From NCBI GenBank assembly GCA_041744555.1, contig JBGTKQ010000146.1:1-58634 (forward strand): DNA of 58,634 bases, in the 5' to 3' direction. Source of the DNA: Pyrinomonadaceae bacterium. Its GTDB lineage: Bacteria > Acidobacteriota > Blastocatellia > Pyrinomonadales > Pyrinomonadaceae. Shown here in pieces: positions 45,174-53,820 of this stretch. The notes beneath the pieces are model-generated. The model ran no database searches. It saw only the letters and a list, made by a program, of their open reading frames with translations, and was not told the origin of the DNA. How positions within the stretch are numbered: position 1 is the stretch's first letter; each line of letters opens with the position of its first letter. Made by a program: the position numbers and the translations under genes.

Positions 45174-46442
45174 CTATTTCTTGTTTCGTTCCTTTTCCGT
45201 CTGATTATAGATAAATGGGCGATGTTGGACGACGTAAGTTTTTTCATCGGTAGTCCCATCACCGTCAACATCAACCCTTACGTCAAGCTTGTATTTTTTA
45301 CCCTGATCGTGCTTCTTTTCGATGTCGTACGCAATGCTATACTGACTTCTGAGAAGTCCGTTGATCGATTGGAGATATGCTGGGATCTCGCTCGGAAAGG
45401 TCATCTCGAAATGCATTCCACCCGATTCTTTGGCAAAGGTATTCATCTGGTTCTTTGCCTGCAGGAACGTCAATCTGCCCGGTGCTCCAGTTAATCCGTC
45501 GGTCGCACCAAGACGGCTTTCATACATCTTGTAAAAGAGATTACCCGTACTGATTATGTAGATCGGAATACCGGATTCCTGAACTATCTTGCGCACCTCA
45601 CCGTAATTGATCCTGCTGAACGTATCGATTCCCGACGCTACAAGTATAATGGCACGTCGCTTCGCTTTTACTTCGACCATTCCGCCATATTCCGCCGTTC
45701 GAGATTCGGAATTTTCGAGAACTACAGAGTCGCCTCTTCCGCCTATCAAGGAAAATTTGATCGCATCAAAAAGGTTGTTTTCTCGAAAGGCAGGTTGGTT
45801 TCGAAGCAAAAGACTTATTGTCTGGCCGATTCGATTCGGATCATTGGTGAAATCCGTGATCGGCGTTGGCCGAATGTCAAAAGCGATGACCGACGCGTAA
45901 TCCCCCGGCGGCCTGATAAACTTGGTAAGAAATTGCGCTACAGGGCGAACCGTTTCATAAACACCTGGTTCGAATATCCCGCCGCCTGCACTACCAAATA
46001 CTTCGGACCACTTGCTGTATTCGAGCACCAACGTAACCGTTATCGGCGAATCGGGCGTCGCAAAGTTCGAGATATCTTTTTTTACACCGTCTTCATACAC
46101 CTGGAACTGTTCTTTCTTTAGACCCGTAATGATCTGCCCGGTCTTCTTGTTAAATACGACTGCCTCAATATCAACGACGTTGGTTTCGATCTTCACGACG
46201 CCATCCGCAACTTCGGCATTTAGCTCCTCTTCAAGGCGCTTCTTATCCTCTTCTTCCTTCTTAAGTTCTTCTTCAGTTTTCGGCTTCGGGCGCTCATTTC
46301 TCTTTCCGTCGCCCGGCTTGTTCTCAGGCCGCTGCGGGCGTGATTGGCTGAATGCAATACTGCCCGACCCGACACAGACCATTATAAGCAGGGCGAAGAA
46401 TCCCCTAATTGCGGAAAGAGTTTGGCTCATATTTGAATACAC
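45174..46442 (-). CDS. VWA-domain protein of the acidobacterial VWFA-related family (TIGR03436-like)
   Basis: Signal peptide, a Lys/Glu-rich linker, an N-terminal beta-domain (IETNVVDIEAVVFNKKTGQIITGLKKEQFQVYEDGVKKDI) and then a VWA fold. Confidence 0.75.
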   Translation of the reverse strand: MYSNMSQTLSAIRGFFALLIMVCVGSGSIAFSQSRPQRPENKPGDGKRNERPKPKTEEELKKEEEDKKRLEEELNAEVADGVVKIETNVVDIEAVVFNKKTGQIITGLKKEQFQVYEDGVKKDISNFATPDSPITVTLVLEYSKWSEVFGSAGGGIFEPGVYETVRPVAQFLTKFIRPPGDYASVIAFDIRPTPITDFTNDPNRIGQTISLLLRNQPAFRENNLFDAIKFSLIGGRGDSVVLENSESRTAEYGGMVEVKAKRRAIILVASGIDTFSRINYGEVRKIVQESGIPIYIISTGNLFYKMYESRLGATDGLTGAPGRLTFLQAKNQMNTFAKESGGMHFEMTFPSEIPAYLQSINGLLRSQYSIAYDIEKKHDQGKKYKLDVRVDVDGDGTTDEKTYVVQHRPFIYNQTEKERNKK

Positions 46443-46516
46443 CTCTGACCAGATCGGTATTCGTATGATACACGAAGTTCGGATTTGGTTGGATTTAAAA
46501 CGCTGGACATTCGAGC

Positions 46517-48412
46517 TCAGCGTACCTGTTTTACAGCCGTTGTGGCCATTTCCGCAAACTCTTCGAGGACTTCGAAAACCTGCAACGCATATTTCACATT
46601 CCCGAATGGAGCGGAGACTTGGACGCCGGCGATAATGTCGCGGACCTCAAGCAGCGATTCGCGGGCGATCTTTATGCCTTCTTCTCGAGCCTCGTCCTTG
46701 CCTTTTTCAGACGCGACTCGCATCCGCTCAAGTATTTCCGGTGTGACGTTAACACCAGGTACTTCGTTGTGTAGAAATTCCGCATTGCGGAAACTGACCA
46801 AAGGCCAGATGCCCGCAACGATCGGTATTTTGCAGTGCGCTATCTTGTCGATGAACGAGCGAAGCTGATCGGTGTCGAATACCGGCTGTGTTATCGCATA
46901 TTCCGCACCTGCTTCCACCTTCCATTCGAATCGGCGAATTTCTTCATCAAGGTTTACCGCACCCGGATTTACACCGACACCGATCGAAAATGCCGTCGGT
47001 TTGCCGATCGGATTGTTCCCGATATCGACACCGTGATTGAGCTTATTCGCCATATTCGTGAGGCCAATGGCATCGATATCGAATACTGCCGTTGCGTCAG
47101 GATATGGACCCATTTTCGGAGGATCTCCGGTGATGATCAGAAGATTGTGAAGATCCAGGGCCGCGGCCCCGAGCAGATCACTCATCATTCCAAGCAAATT
47201 TCTATCGCGGCAGCAGTAATGCAACACGGCCTCGATGCCTATCTCGCGCTCGACTAAAACGGCCGTTGCGAGCGCCGACATTCGAGTTTGAGCCCTCGGG
47301 CCATCGGGTATGTTAACGCCGTCGACACCGGCGTCTTTCAGCAATCGGATCGAGTCGAGCGTTTTTAGAGCATCGCAACCCTTTGGCGGAAGTACTTCGA
47401 CTGAAGTTACGAACTCACCACGAGCTATCTTTGCCGACCAACGACTACGGGCTTCCGACGGAACAACATCGATATCGAGCGGTTTAAGTGCCGCGACATT
47501 GGCACTTTGCCTCCGTGCTTCGCTAATTGCTTGTCGTGGGCTGACAGACCGGATGGCTTCGGAAATCAACTTGATGTGTGTTGGCGTCGTACCGCAACAA
47601 CCACCAACGAATTTTACCCCTGCTTGAACGAATCGCCGGGAGAACTCCGCCATGTACTCAGGCGAACCCATGTAAAATTGGCGTCCTTGAACGTCTCGCG
47701 GCAGGCCGGCATTTGGCTGAGCGGAAAGCTTCTTGCCGGTCAATACACGCATCTTCTCAAGCGCCGTAAGAGTATGATTGGGACCCATGCCGCAATTTAG
47801 GCCAATGACGTCGATGGCGAGTTTATCCAGCTCCGTGGTAAAAGATTCAGGGGTCGTGCCGAACGTGGTCTTGCCGTCCATTTGGATCGTCATCTGAGCA
47901 ATTATCGGGAGATCCGACAGCTCACGAACTGCGCGTATCGCCTGTTCGATCACCGGTAGTTCAGAAAATGTTTCGAGAATAAACAGATCGACGCCGCCTT
48001 CCAGTAAGCCTTCGATCTGCTCCTTATAGAGACCAACCGCTTCATCAAACGATGTCGGCCCAAACGGTTCAATGCGAATACCAAGAGGCCCGATCGCACC
48101 CGCCACATAATTTTTCTCGCCTGCGGCTTCATTTGCGATCTTTCCGGCGGCCCGATTTATTTCGCGAACCTTTTCGTCGAGACCGTAGGGCTGTAGTTTG
48201 TGTCGGGTTGCTCCGAACGAATTCGTCTCGATTATGTCAGCACCCGCTTGTATATACTCCTCGTGTACCTCGCGGACCAGGTCAGGCGCGGTCAGATTGA
48301 GTTCGTCGTAGCTGCGATTGATGTACACGCCCTTGTCATAAAGCCGCGTACCAACAGCGCCGTCAAAGACGTAGATGCTGTCGTTCTCTAAAAGTTCGCG
48401 AAAGTTTTTCAT
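46517..48412 (-). CDS. Bifunctional homocysteine S-methyltransferase-domain / 5,10-methylenetetrahydrofolate reductase fusion
   Basis: The N-half is a MetH-type Hcy-binding barrel (FDGAVGT, ETNSFGA, zinc motif GGCCGTTP). The C-half is MetF-like (FVTSVEVLPPKG, HYCCRDRN, ITGDPP). Confidence 0.88.
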   Translation of the reverse strand: MKNFRELLENDSIYVFDGAVGTRLYDKGVYINRSYDELNLTAPDLVREVHEEYIQAGADIIETNSFGATRHKLQPYGLDEKVREINRAAGKIANEAAGEKNYVAGAIGPLGIRIEPFGPTSFDEAVGLYKEQIEGLLEGGVDLFILETFSELPVIEQAIRAVRELSDLPIIAQMTIQMDGKTTFGTTPESFTTELDKLAIDVIGLNCGMGPNHTLTALEKMRVLTGKKLSAQPNAGLPRDVQGRQFYMGSPEYMAEFSRRFVQAGVKFVGGCCGTTPTHIKLISEAIRSVSPRQAISEARRQSANVAALKPLDIDVVPSEARSRWSAKIARGEFVTSVEVLPPKGCDALKTLDSIRLLKDAGVDGVNIPDGPRAQTRMSALATAVLVEREIGIEAVLHYCCRDRNLLGMMSDLLGAAALDLHNLLIITGDPPKMGPYPDATAVFDIDAIGLTNMANKLNHGVDIGNNPIGKPTAFSIGVGVNPGAVNLDEEIRRFEWKVEAGAEYAITQPVFDTDQLRSFIDKIAHCKIPIVAGIWPLVSFRNAEFLHNEVPGVNVTPEILERMRVASEKGKDEAREEGIKIARESLLEVRDIIAGVQVSAPFGNVKYALQVFEVLEEFAEMATTAVKQVR

Positions 48413-48441
48413 AGCAAAAAAGCCTCGCTTGAGCAGCGAGA
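48413..48441 (-). terminator. Hairpin plus T6 immediately upstream of the metF-fusion start (attenuator-type terminator)
   Basis: The minus strand reads tCTCGCT-gctca-AGCGAGgcTTTTTTgct-ATG. Upstream CAGCGA (complement of 48464-48469) can pair with the 5' arm as an antiterminator. Confidence 0.5.
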
Positions 48442-48570
48442 CTTCGTCAAAAAATGTCTTGTTTCGCTGTTTAGCTGTTTATTTAACGTGGTCGCAAGTC
48501 GCAATAACTCACCACGAATATTACCGAGATAATGCGACTTTAGCGTCTTTAAGTCAAGCTAAACCAAAAT

Positions 48571-49398
48571 TCAACGCTGACACTTTCGGCAATAAAAAGT
48601 TGAACGGCCAGCCTGAACGATGCGAACGATCGGTTGCGAGCAGTTGGGGCACGGCTCGTTTTCACGTCCATAGACCCTCCATTCACCCTCGCCATCGCCA
48701 TATATGCTGCCGCCAATATTCGCCGGATCGGCAATCATTGTTGCCCCGATCGCGATCGTTTCAGCCAGAACATCTCGGACGGCTTGATGGAGCCGGAGCG
48801 CCTTGGGCCGCGTTAGTTTACTAGCCGCTTTTTGTGGATCTATGCCTGCGAGGAACATCGATTCCGACGCATATATGTTTCCGACACCGCAAACGCGTGT
48901 TTGATCAAGCAAAAATTCCTTTAGACTTCGGGTTGAACGAACCGCTGTAGCCCTTAGATACTCGGGAGAAAATTCGTCGGTAAATGGCTCAGGCGCGAGC
49001 TTGGCCAACTCTTTTGACTTGAACAGATCTATGGAATCAACGATACGCATAAATCCGAAATGACGTTGATCTTGAAACAAAAGCTTTTTTTCGGATCCGA
49101 GATCGAACCGTGCATGTGTAAATTTCGGCTCTTCTTCTTCGATGGGAACGAGCAAAAATCGGCCGCTCATTCGAAGGTGAACCATTAACGTTCGTTTGTT
49201 ATCTAGGTCGATCAGGATATGCTTTCCTCGCCGATGGATCTTTGAGATCGTTGCATTTTGAAGTGCTGACGCAAATGTGATCTTGTCGTGGTGAGGTGCG
49301 AGCCGTTCGCGCATCAGATCAGCAGAAACAATGCGTTCACCGATCAATAGTTTGGCGAGCTGGTTGACTACCGTTTCGACTTCAGGAAGTTCGGGCAT
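48571..49398 (-). CDS. mutM: Formamidopyrimidine-DNA glycosylase
   Basis: N-terminal MPELPEVE and a C-terminal zinc finger CPNC...CRKC. Confidence 0.93.
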   Translation of the reverse strand: MPELPEVETVVNQLAKLLIGERIVSADLMRERLAPHHDKITFASALQNATISKIHRRGKHILIDLDNKRTLMVHLRMSGRFLLVPIEEEEPKFTHARFDLGSEKKLLFQDQRHFGFMRIVDSIDLFKSKELAKLAPEPFTDEFSPEYLRATAVRSTRSLKEFLLDQTRVCGVGNIYASESMFLAGIDPQKAASKLTRPKALRLHQAVRDVLAETIAIGATMIADPANIGGSIYGDGEGEWRVYGRENEPCPNCSQPIVRIVQAGRSTFYCRKCQR

Positions 49399-49401
49399 GG
49401 A

Positions 49402-50442
49402 TCAAACCTTTGAGTAATCGGGCAACGATGTCTTATCGCCGAGTACGCTGCCGCAACCGACGACGACATTCTTTCCAATATGGCAGCTACGGCAGATCAC
49501 CGATCCGCGCACATCGGCGGAGGCTGAAATACGGCTATGGGCCCAGATAACTGAATTTTCAATAAATGCTTTCTCCTCAACATGAACGCCCGGCCCAAGA
49601 ACGGAATTGATTATCTTCGCATTTGGTTTGATCACACAGCCTTCGGCAATTAACGAACGATCATCAACAGCCGCGGTTGTGGCGATCTCGGAATTTTGCG
49701 ATTTTGGAAGGATCGAACCCGTTATGTCTCCATTCAGAAAGTCCATTTGAGCTGTCAAATAGCTCTCCGGAGTGCCGATGTCTTTCCAATAACTTCCATC
49801 AAGCGAAAACGAATTGAACCCCATTTTCCTGTTCAGGATCTCAGGAAAAACGTTGTATTCAAAAGACGCGTTTTCGCCGGTTGCGATAAGTGGCAGAACT
49901 GTTGGCTCGAGAATATAAATACCGGCATTTATTAGGTTCGTGCCAAGACGATCGATCTCTTCGGGGTTTGGCTTTTCGAGAAATCTGACGACGGAACCGC
50001 ATTTATCCGTTTCTACCAGTCCATATCTCGAAGGATCAATGACGGGCGTCAACGCGATCGTCGCATCCGAAGCTTTATCCCTATGGGCGGCGATCATTGC
50101 GGAGAGATCAAAATCAGTGAGTATATCGCCGTTGAAGACGAGTGCTGTTTCGGCTTCTTTTGCAAATGCCCACTTGTAAGCTCCTCCGGTTCCCAATGGA
50201 TTTGGTTCGGTCACGTAACTCAACCGAACCCCATATTCAGCACCATCGCCAAGTTGATCTTCGATCTTGTCGGGTTGATAGCTAAGCGAAAGCGTAATGT
50301 CCGTAATGCCGGCCATTGCAAGCAATTCTATTTGAAAAAGCAGAAAAGGACGGTTCATCAATGGTACAACAGGTTTAGGTGTGTACACCGTTAAGGGTCT
50401 GAGTCTTGTGCCTTTTCCGCCGGCTAAGATCAATGCTTTCAT
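49402..50442 (-). CDS. Sugar-1-phosphate nucleotidyltransferase (mannose-1-P guanylyltransferase-like) with C-terminal left-handed beta-helix
   Basis: MKALILAGGKGTRLRPLT signature. Hexapeptide repeats at the C-terminus. The ATG at 50442 is preferred over the TTG at 50454. Confidence 0.85.
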   Translation of the reverse strand: MKALILAGGKGTRLRPLTVYTPKPVVPLMNRPFLLFQIELLAMAGITDITLSLSYQPDKIEDQLGDGAEYGVRLSYVTEPNPLGTGGAYKWAFAKEAETALVFNGDILTDFDLSAMIAAHRDKASDATIALTPVIDPSRYGLVETDKCGSVVRFLEKPNPEEIDRLGTNLINAGIYILEPTVLPLIATGENASFEYNVFPEILNRKMGFNSFSLDGSYWKDIGTPESYLTAQMDFLNGDITGSILPKSQNSEIATTAAVDDRSLIAEGCVIKPNAKIINSVLGPGVHVEEKAFIENSVIWAHSRISASADVRGSVICRSCHIGKNVVVGCGSVLGDKTSLPDYSKV

Positions 50443-50536
50443 ATGAAACTGCAAGAATACGCAATCGCGAAAGGGAAATCAAAATGCTTTGGTGTGAACA
50501 AAAATGCTTAACAATTACAAAAAATGTCAAAAAACA

Positions 50537-50566
50537 TTGACACTTTTTTGTAGGCTGTGCTAATTT
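50537..50566 (+). promoter_or_regulatory. Sigma70-type promoter candidate for the TPR gene
   Basis: TTGACA (50537-50542), an 18-nt spacer, then TAATTT (50561-50566). The -35 box is part of the inverted repeat TGTCAA-N6-TTGACA. Confidence 0.4.
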
Positions 50567-50685
50567 ACAAGATGCAGGTCACGCACAATTTTGCCTGCCT
50601 TAAGGGGTGTTTAAAGGCAACGCTGACTTCGGTTTACCACCGGCCACCCTACCTGTCGGCAAATTTTTGACTAGCAAACCTCAAA

Positions 50686-52839
50686 ATGAGTTTCGATAAA
50701 ACAAAAGCGATGCGAAACGCTGAACGATTTCTTTCTCAAGGTAAGATCGGCTCGGCTATCGGTGAATTTCAACAGGTCATTTCCCACGACCCGCGTGATT
50801 TCGGAACAATGAACATGCTTGGCGATCTCTATGTAAAAAACTCTGAGACACGTCCGGCCGTAGATTGCTATAAAGCTGTTGCCGAACACTATGCAAAACA
50901 GGGATTTGCGCAGAAGGCGATAGCGGTTTACAACAAGGTTACGAAACTCCAGCCAAGTACATCGGAAACCACACTTAGGCTTGCGGAATTATATCGAGAG
51001 AAAGGATCGATTCAAGATGCCCGCTCGCATTTCGAACAGGTCGCGGATCAGTATCAGAAAAACGGACGCCGAATCGAGGCTCTCGAAATATGGAAACAAG
51101 TCGCCGAACTCGACCCGAACAATACCAACGCATTCCTAACGATCGGTGAAGGTTATGCTGCTGAAAATTGTCCGATTGAAGCGGCCGAATCATTTGCCGA
51201 TGCGGGTCGCCGGTTTGTAAAGCTCGGTGACAATGAAAATGCATTTCGTGCCTTTATGCGTTCGCTTGATTTCTGCGATGGAACGGCCGAGCTGCTCGCA
51301 AAACTCCTGGAGACCGGGTTCGGTTCGGGCAACGGCGCCGTTGCAAATGGCAAGATTATTGAGGCTCATGAAGCGATGCCTTTCGATCGAGAAATTCATT
51401 CTTTACTAATAGAATGCCAGATCAAATTCGGAGATCTACAGGCGGCTGAGTTGTCGCTCGTGAAACTGATCGAACAAGAACCATCGTCATATCCAAAATT
51501 GCTTGAACTCGGTCGACTTTACGTTGAATCTGCAGATTCGAACGCCGCAGCGAGAGTTCTTTCTATGGCGTCAGAACATATGCTGATGGATGGCCAGGCT
51601 GAAGAGCTTTCGGTTTTGGTTTCGTCGGTGCTTCAACTTGATCCGGAACACCTCGATGCTCTGCGAATGATGGTTCGGTGTGCATCGTGGCTTAAGGACG
51701 AACCGGGAATGCGAGCTTCGCTCACCTCAATGGCAAAAGCGGCGAAAGCTAAAGGTTCACTCGATGATGAAAGGTTCGCTTTGTCGCAGCTCATAATGAT
51801 CGTGCCACAGGACACGGATTTTGCTGATCGGCTAAAGTGTGTAAACGAAGAACTTGGTGTAGAAGACGAAGTGATCTCGGAAAATCTCTTCGACAGGCGT
51901 TTTGTTGCGAAAAAGGCTTTGAGCGGGACGAACGGCACTCATCAATTTGAGAGTTCGAATGGTGATCACGCAGTCAGCGATTTTGCCTTCGCCGATGGAA
52001 CTTTCGAGCAACCTGCGGGGGAATTCGATGACTTTGATCTTCAAAACGATGAGATCGAAGAGCTTGACGAAGTAGTCGTTGTTGAGCCGGCAGCTAACGG
52101 ATCAAATGATAATGACGACGCCATTTCGAAAGAGATCGAAAGCATCAAATTTTACATCGAGAGCGGTTACGGTGAGATCGCGCAAAAGGCGATAGATGAG
52201 TTTAGGTTAGGGTACGGAGACCGAAGTGAACTGAACGAACTTGTTGTTTTGTTAAATGGCGTCGAAGGATCTGACAGTATAGAAACTTTGACGGAGCAGG
52301 TACATGTCGAAGTCCCGACCGAGGAAATTCCGACTAAGGTCAGTGAGCCGGTAGCAGCGGTCGAGCTCGTCGCCGTAAGTGGCGGCTTTGATATGCATGA
52401 TCTGCGAACCGAGCTTGGGCTTGATGAGGCGTTGGCCGACGATGATGTTGATGGCGATTACGAGACTCACTATCATACGGCCGTTGCCTACCAAGAAATG
52501 TATTTGCTGGAAGACGCGATAAAGGAATATCAGTACGCAATATCGCTGATCGAACCGAACGACGGCACACGCAGATTTTTTCAGTGTGCAAACCTTTTGG
52601 GCCATTGTTTTATGCAGCTCGGAAAACCGAATCTTGCCGTTCGCTGGTTCATTCGCACGCTTGAGTCTAAGGACACCACCGACGAAGAGAGGCTTGGGAT
52701 ATGGTACGAACTTGCATCAGCCTATGATGCCGACGGCGATCATCCGAACGCATCGAGATACTACGAACAGGTTTACGCCGAGAATATTAACTTCCGCGAC
52801 GTTGCAAGCCGTGTAAATAGCCTGGTGGTTGCGGTTTGA
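50686..52839 (+). CDS. Large TPR-repeat protein with acidic central linker
   Basis: TPR-like repeats at both ends, a central Asp/Glu-rich low-complexity region and no signal peptide. Confidence 0.7.
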   Translation: MSFDKTKAMRNAERFLSQGKIGSAIGEFQQVISHDPRDFGTMNMLGDLYVKNSETRPAVDCYKAVAEHYAKQGFAQKAIAVYNKVTKLQPSTSETTLRLAELYREKGSIQDARSHFEQVADQYQKNGRRIEALEIWKQVAELDPNNTNAFLTIGEGYAAENCPIEAAESFADAGRRFVKLGDNENAFRAFMRSLDFCDGTAELLAKLLETGFGSGNGAVANGKIIEAHEAMPFDREIHSLLIECQIKFGDLQAAELSLVKLIEQEPSSYPKLLELGRLYVESADSNAAARVLSMASEHMLMDGQAEELSVLVSSVLQLDPEHLDALRMMVRCASWLKDEPGMRASLTSMAKAAKAKGSLDDERFALSQLIMIVPQDTDFADRLKCVNEELGVEDEVISENLFDRRFVAKKALSGTNGTHQFESSNGDHAVSDFAFADGTFEQPAGEFDDFDLQNDEIEELDEVVVVEPAANGSNDNDDAISKEIESIKFYIESGYGEIAQKAIDEFRLGYGDRSELNELVVLLNGVEGSDSIETLTEQVHVEVPTEEIPTKVSEPVAAVELVAVSGGFDMHDLRTELGLDEALADDDVDGDYETHYHTAVAYQEMYLLEDAIKEYQYAISLIEPNDGTRRFFQCANLLGHCFMQLGKPNLAVRWFIRTLESKDTTDEERLGIWYELASAYDADGDHPNASRYYEQVYAENINFRDVASRVNSLVVAV

Positions 52840-52894
52840 ACAATACGATTCTTGTTTGTTTGGTCCCTTGAAATAGAGTTATACTTTTGACGGA

Positions 52895-53191
52895 ATGGTT
52901 GAAAAACTGACCGTCATTTTTTTTATTTTACTTTGTCTTCTCCTCGGATTCTATCTGATCCTTTCGCCATGGGATACGATGTTCGGAAGTTGGGGCGAGA
53001 ATCACCTGCTCGTTTTTCTCTCCGATAAGTCCGGATTTCCGACATTGAGGAACGCCGTCGCTTCAAATTGGTTTCGAGGCGCGGTTACCGGTCTAGGCGT
53101 ACTCAATTTGTTCATCGCGTTTTGGGAAGTCGCCCATTTCAACAAAAGCGTTGCGTTGTTGCAGGGCAAACAGGACGCCTCGAACAAATGA
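52895..53191 (+). CDS. Small membrane protein (2 TM), translationally coupled to thiE
   Basis: Two hydrophobic helices. Its TGA overlaps the thiE ATG (ATGA at 53188-53191). Confidence 0.5.
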   Translation: MVEKLTVIFFILLCLLLGFYLILSPWDTMFGSWGENHLLVFLSDKSGFPTLRNAVASNWFRGAVTGLGVLNLFIAFWEVAHFNKSVALLQGKQDASNK

Positions 53192-53820
53192 GACCTCAGT
53201 TTGAGCGACCGGTTGTGTGTTTGATCTCCTCGGGCGCTTTAACGGACGAAAACTTCGCCAAAAACCATCCGAGAGTGTTGCGTTTGTTTTTAAGAGCCTG
53301 CCAGTCAGGTGTCTCGCTCATTCAGTTACGAGAAAAGCAACTTTCAGCTAAGAATCTAGTATTACTGACGCAAGCGGCTGTAGCAAGGGCTTGCGGGACA
53401 AACACAAAAGTGCTCGTAAATGAACGGTTCGATATTGCAGTCGCTTGCGGGGCCGGTGGAGTACATCTACCATCAACCGCGATGAGCGTATCGGATGTTC
53501 GTCAACATGTGCCTGAGCATTTTATTATAGGTGCTTCGACTCATTCGGAAGAAGAGCTAGCTGACGCCTTTAATGGCGGAGCCGACTTTGCGGTATTTGG
53601 ACCGATCTTCGAAACGCCGGGCAAACCGGTACCGGTCGGAATCGATAAACTCCACGAAGTTTGCGTTAAGTTCTTCGCATTGCCGATCTTGGCTCTTGGC
53701 GGGATCGCCGAATCGAATATTGATGCCGTATTGAGCTCGGACGCGGCCGGTTTTGCCGCTATTAGTTATCTTAACGATACGGACGGATTGACCTCGATAG
53801 TAAAAAAGATCAATAGATGA
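53188..53820 (+). CDS. thiE: Thiamine-phosphate synthase
   Basis: TIM-barrel ThiE blocks (LIQLREK, VNERFDIA, ADFAVFGPIFETPGK, LALGGI). The start at 53188 avoids a 124-nt overlap with the upstream ORF. Confidence 0.85.
   Translation: MRPQFERPVVCLISSGALTDENFAKNHPRVLRLFLRACQSGVSLIQLREKQLSAKNLVLLTQAAVARACGTNTKVLVNERFDIAVACGAGGVHLPSTAMSVSDVRQHVPEHFIIGASTHSEEELADAFNGGADFAVFGPIFETPGKPVPVGIDKLHEVCVKFFALPILALGGIAESNIDAVLSSDAAGFAAISYLNDTDGLTSIVKKINR

Noticed and set aside
50577-50667. Possible c-di-GMP-I (GEMM-I) riboswitch. GGTCACGCACA at 50577-50587 matches what I recall of the start of the Vc2 aptamer, and an ACGC follows the first hairpin.
   Set aside because: The rest of the consensus as I remember it is not present: GGGCAAA after ACGCACA, GACGCAAAGCC, and the GNRA tetraloop/receptor or paired CCGG helices. 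An 11-nt match alone is not evidence. A covariance-model scan would settle it.
53068-53187. The ORF-track start at 53068 for thiE, and likewise 55668 for the outer-membrane protein, 5485 for GH105, 41232 for nrdJ, 41254 for hslO and 50454 for the nucleotidyltransferase.
   Set aside because: The longer versions overlap neighbouring genes or add non-homologous, non-signal N-termini. In each case an internal ATG gives the family-typical N-terminus or signal peptide.
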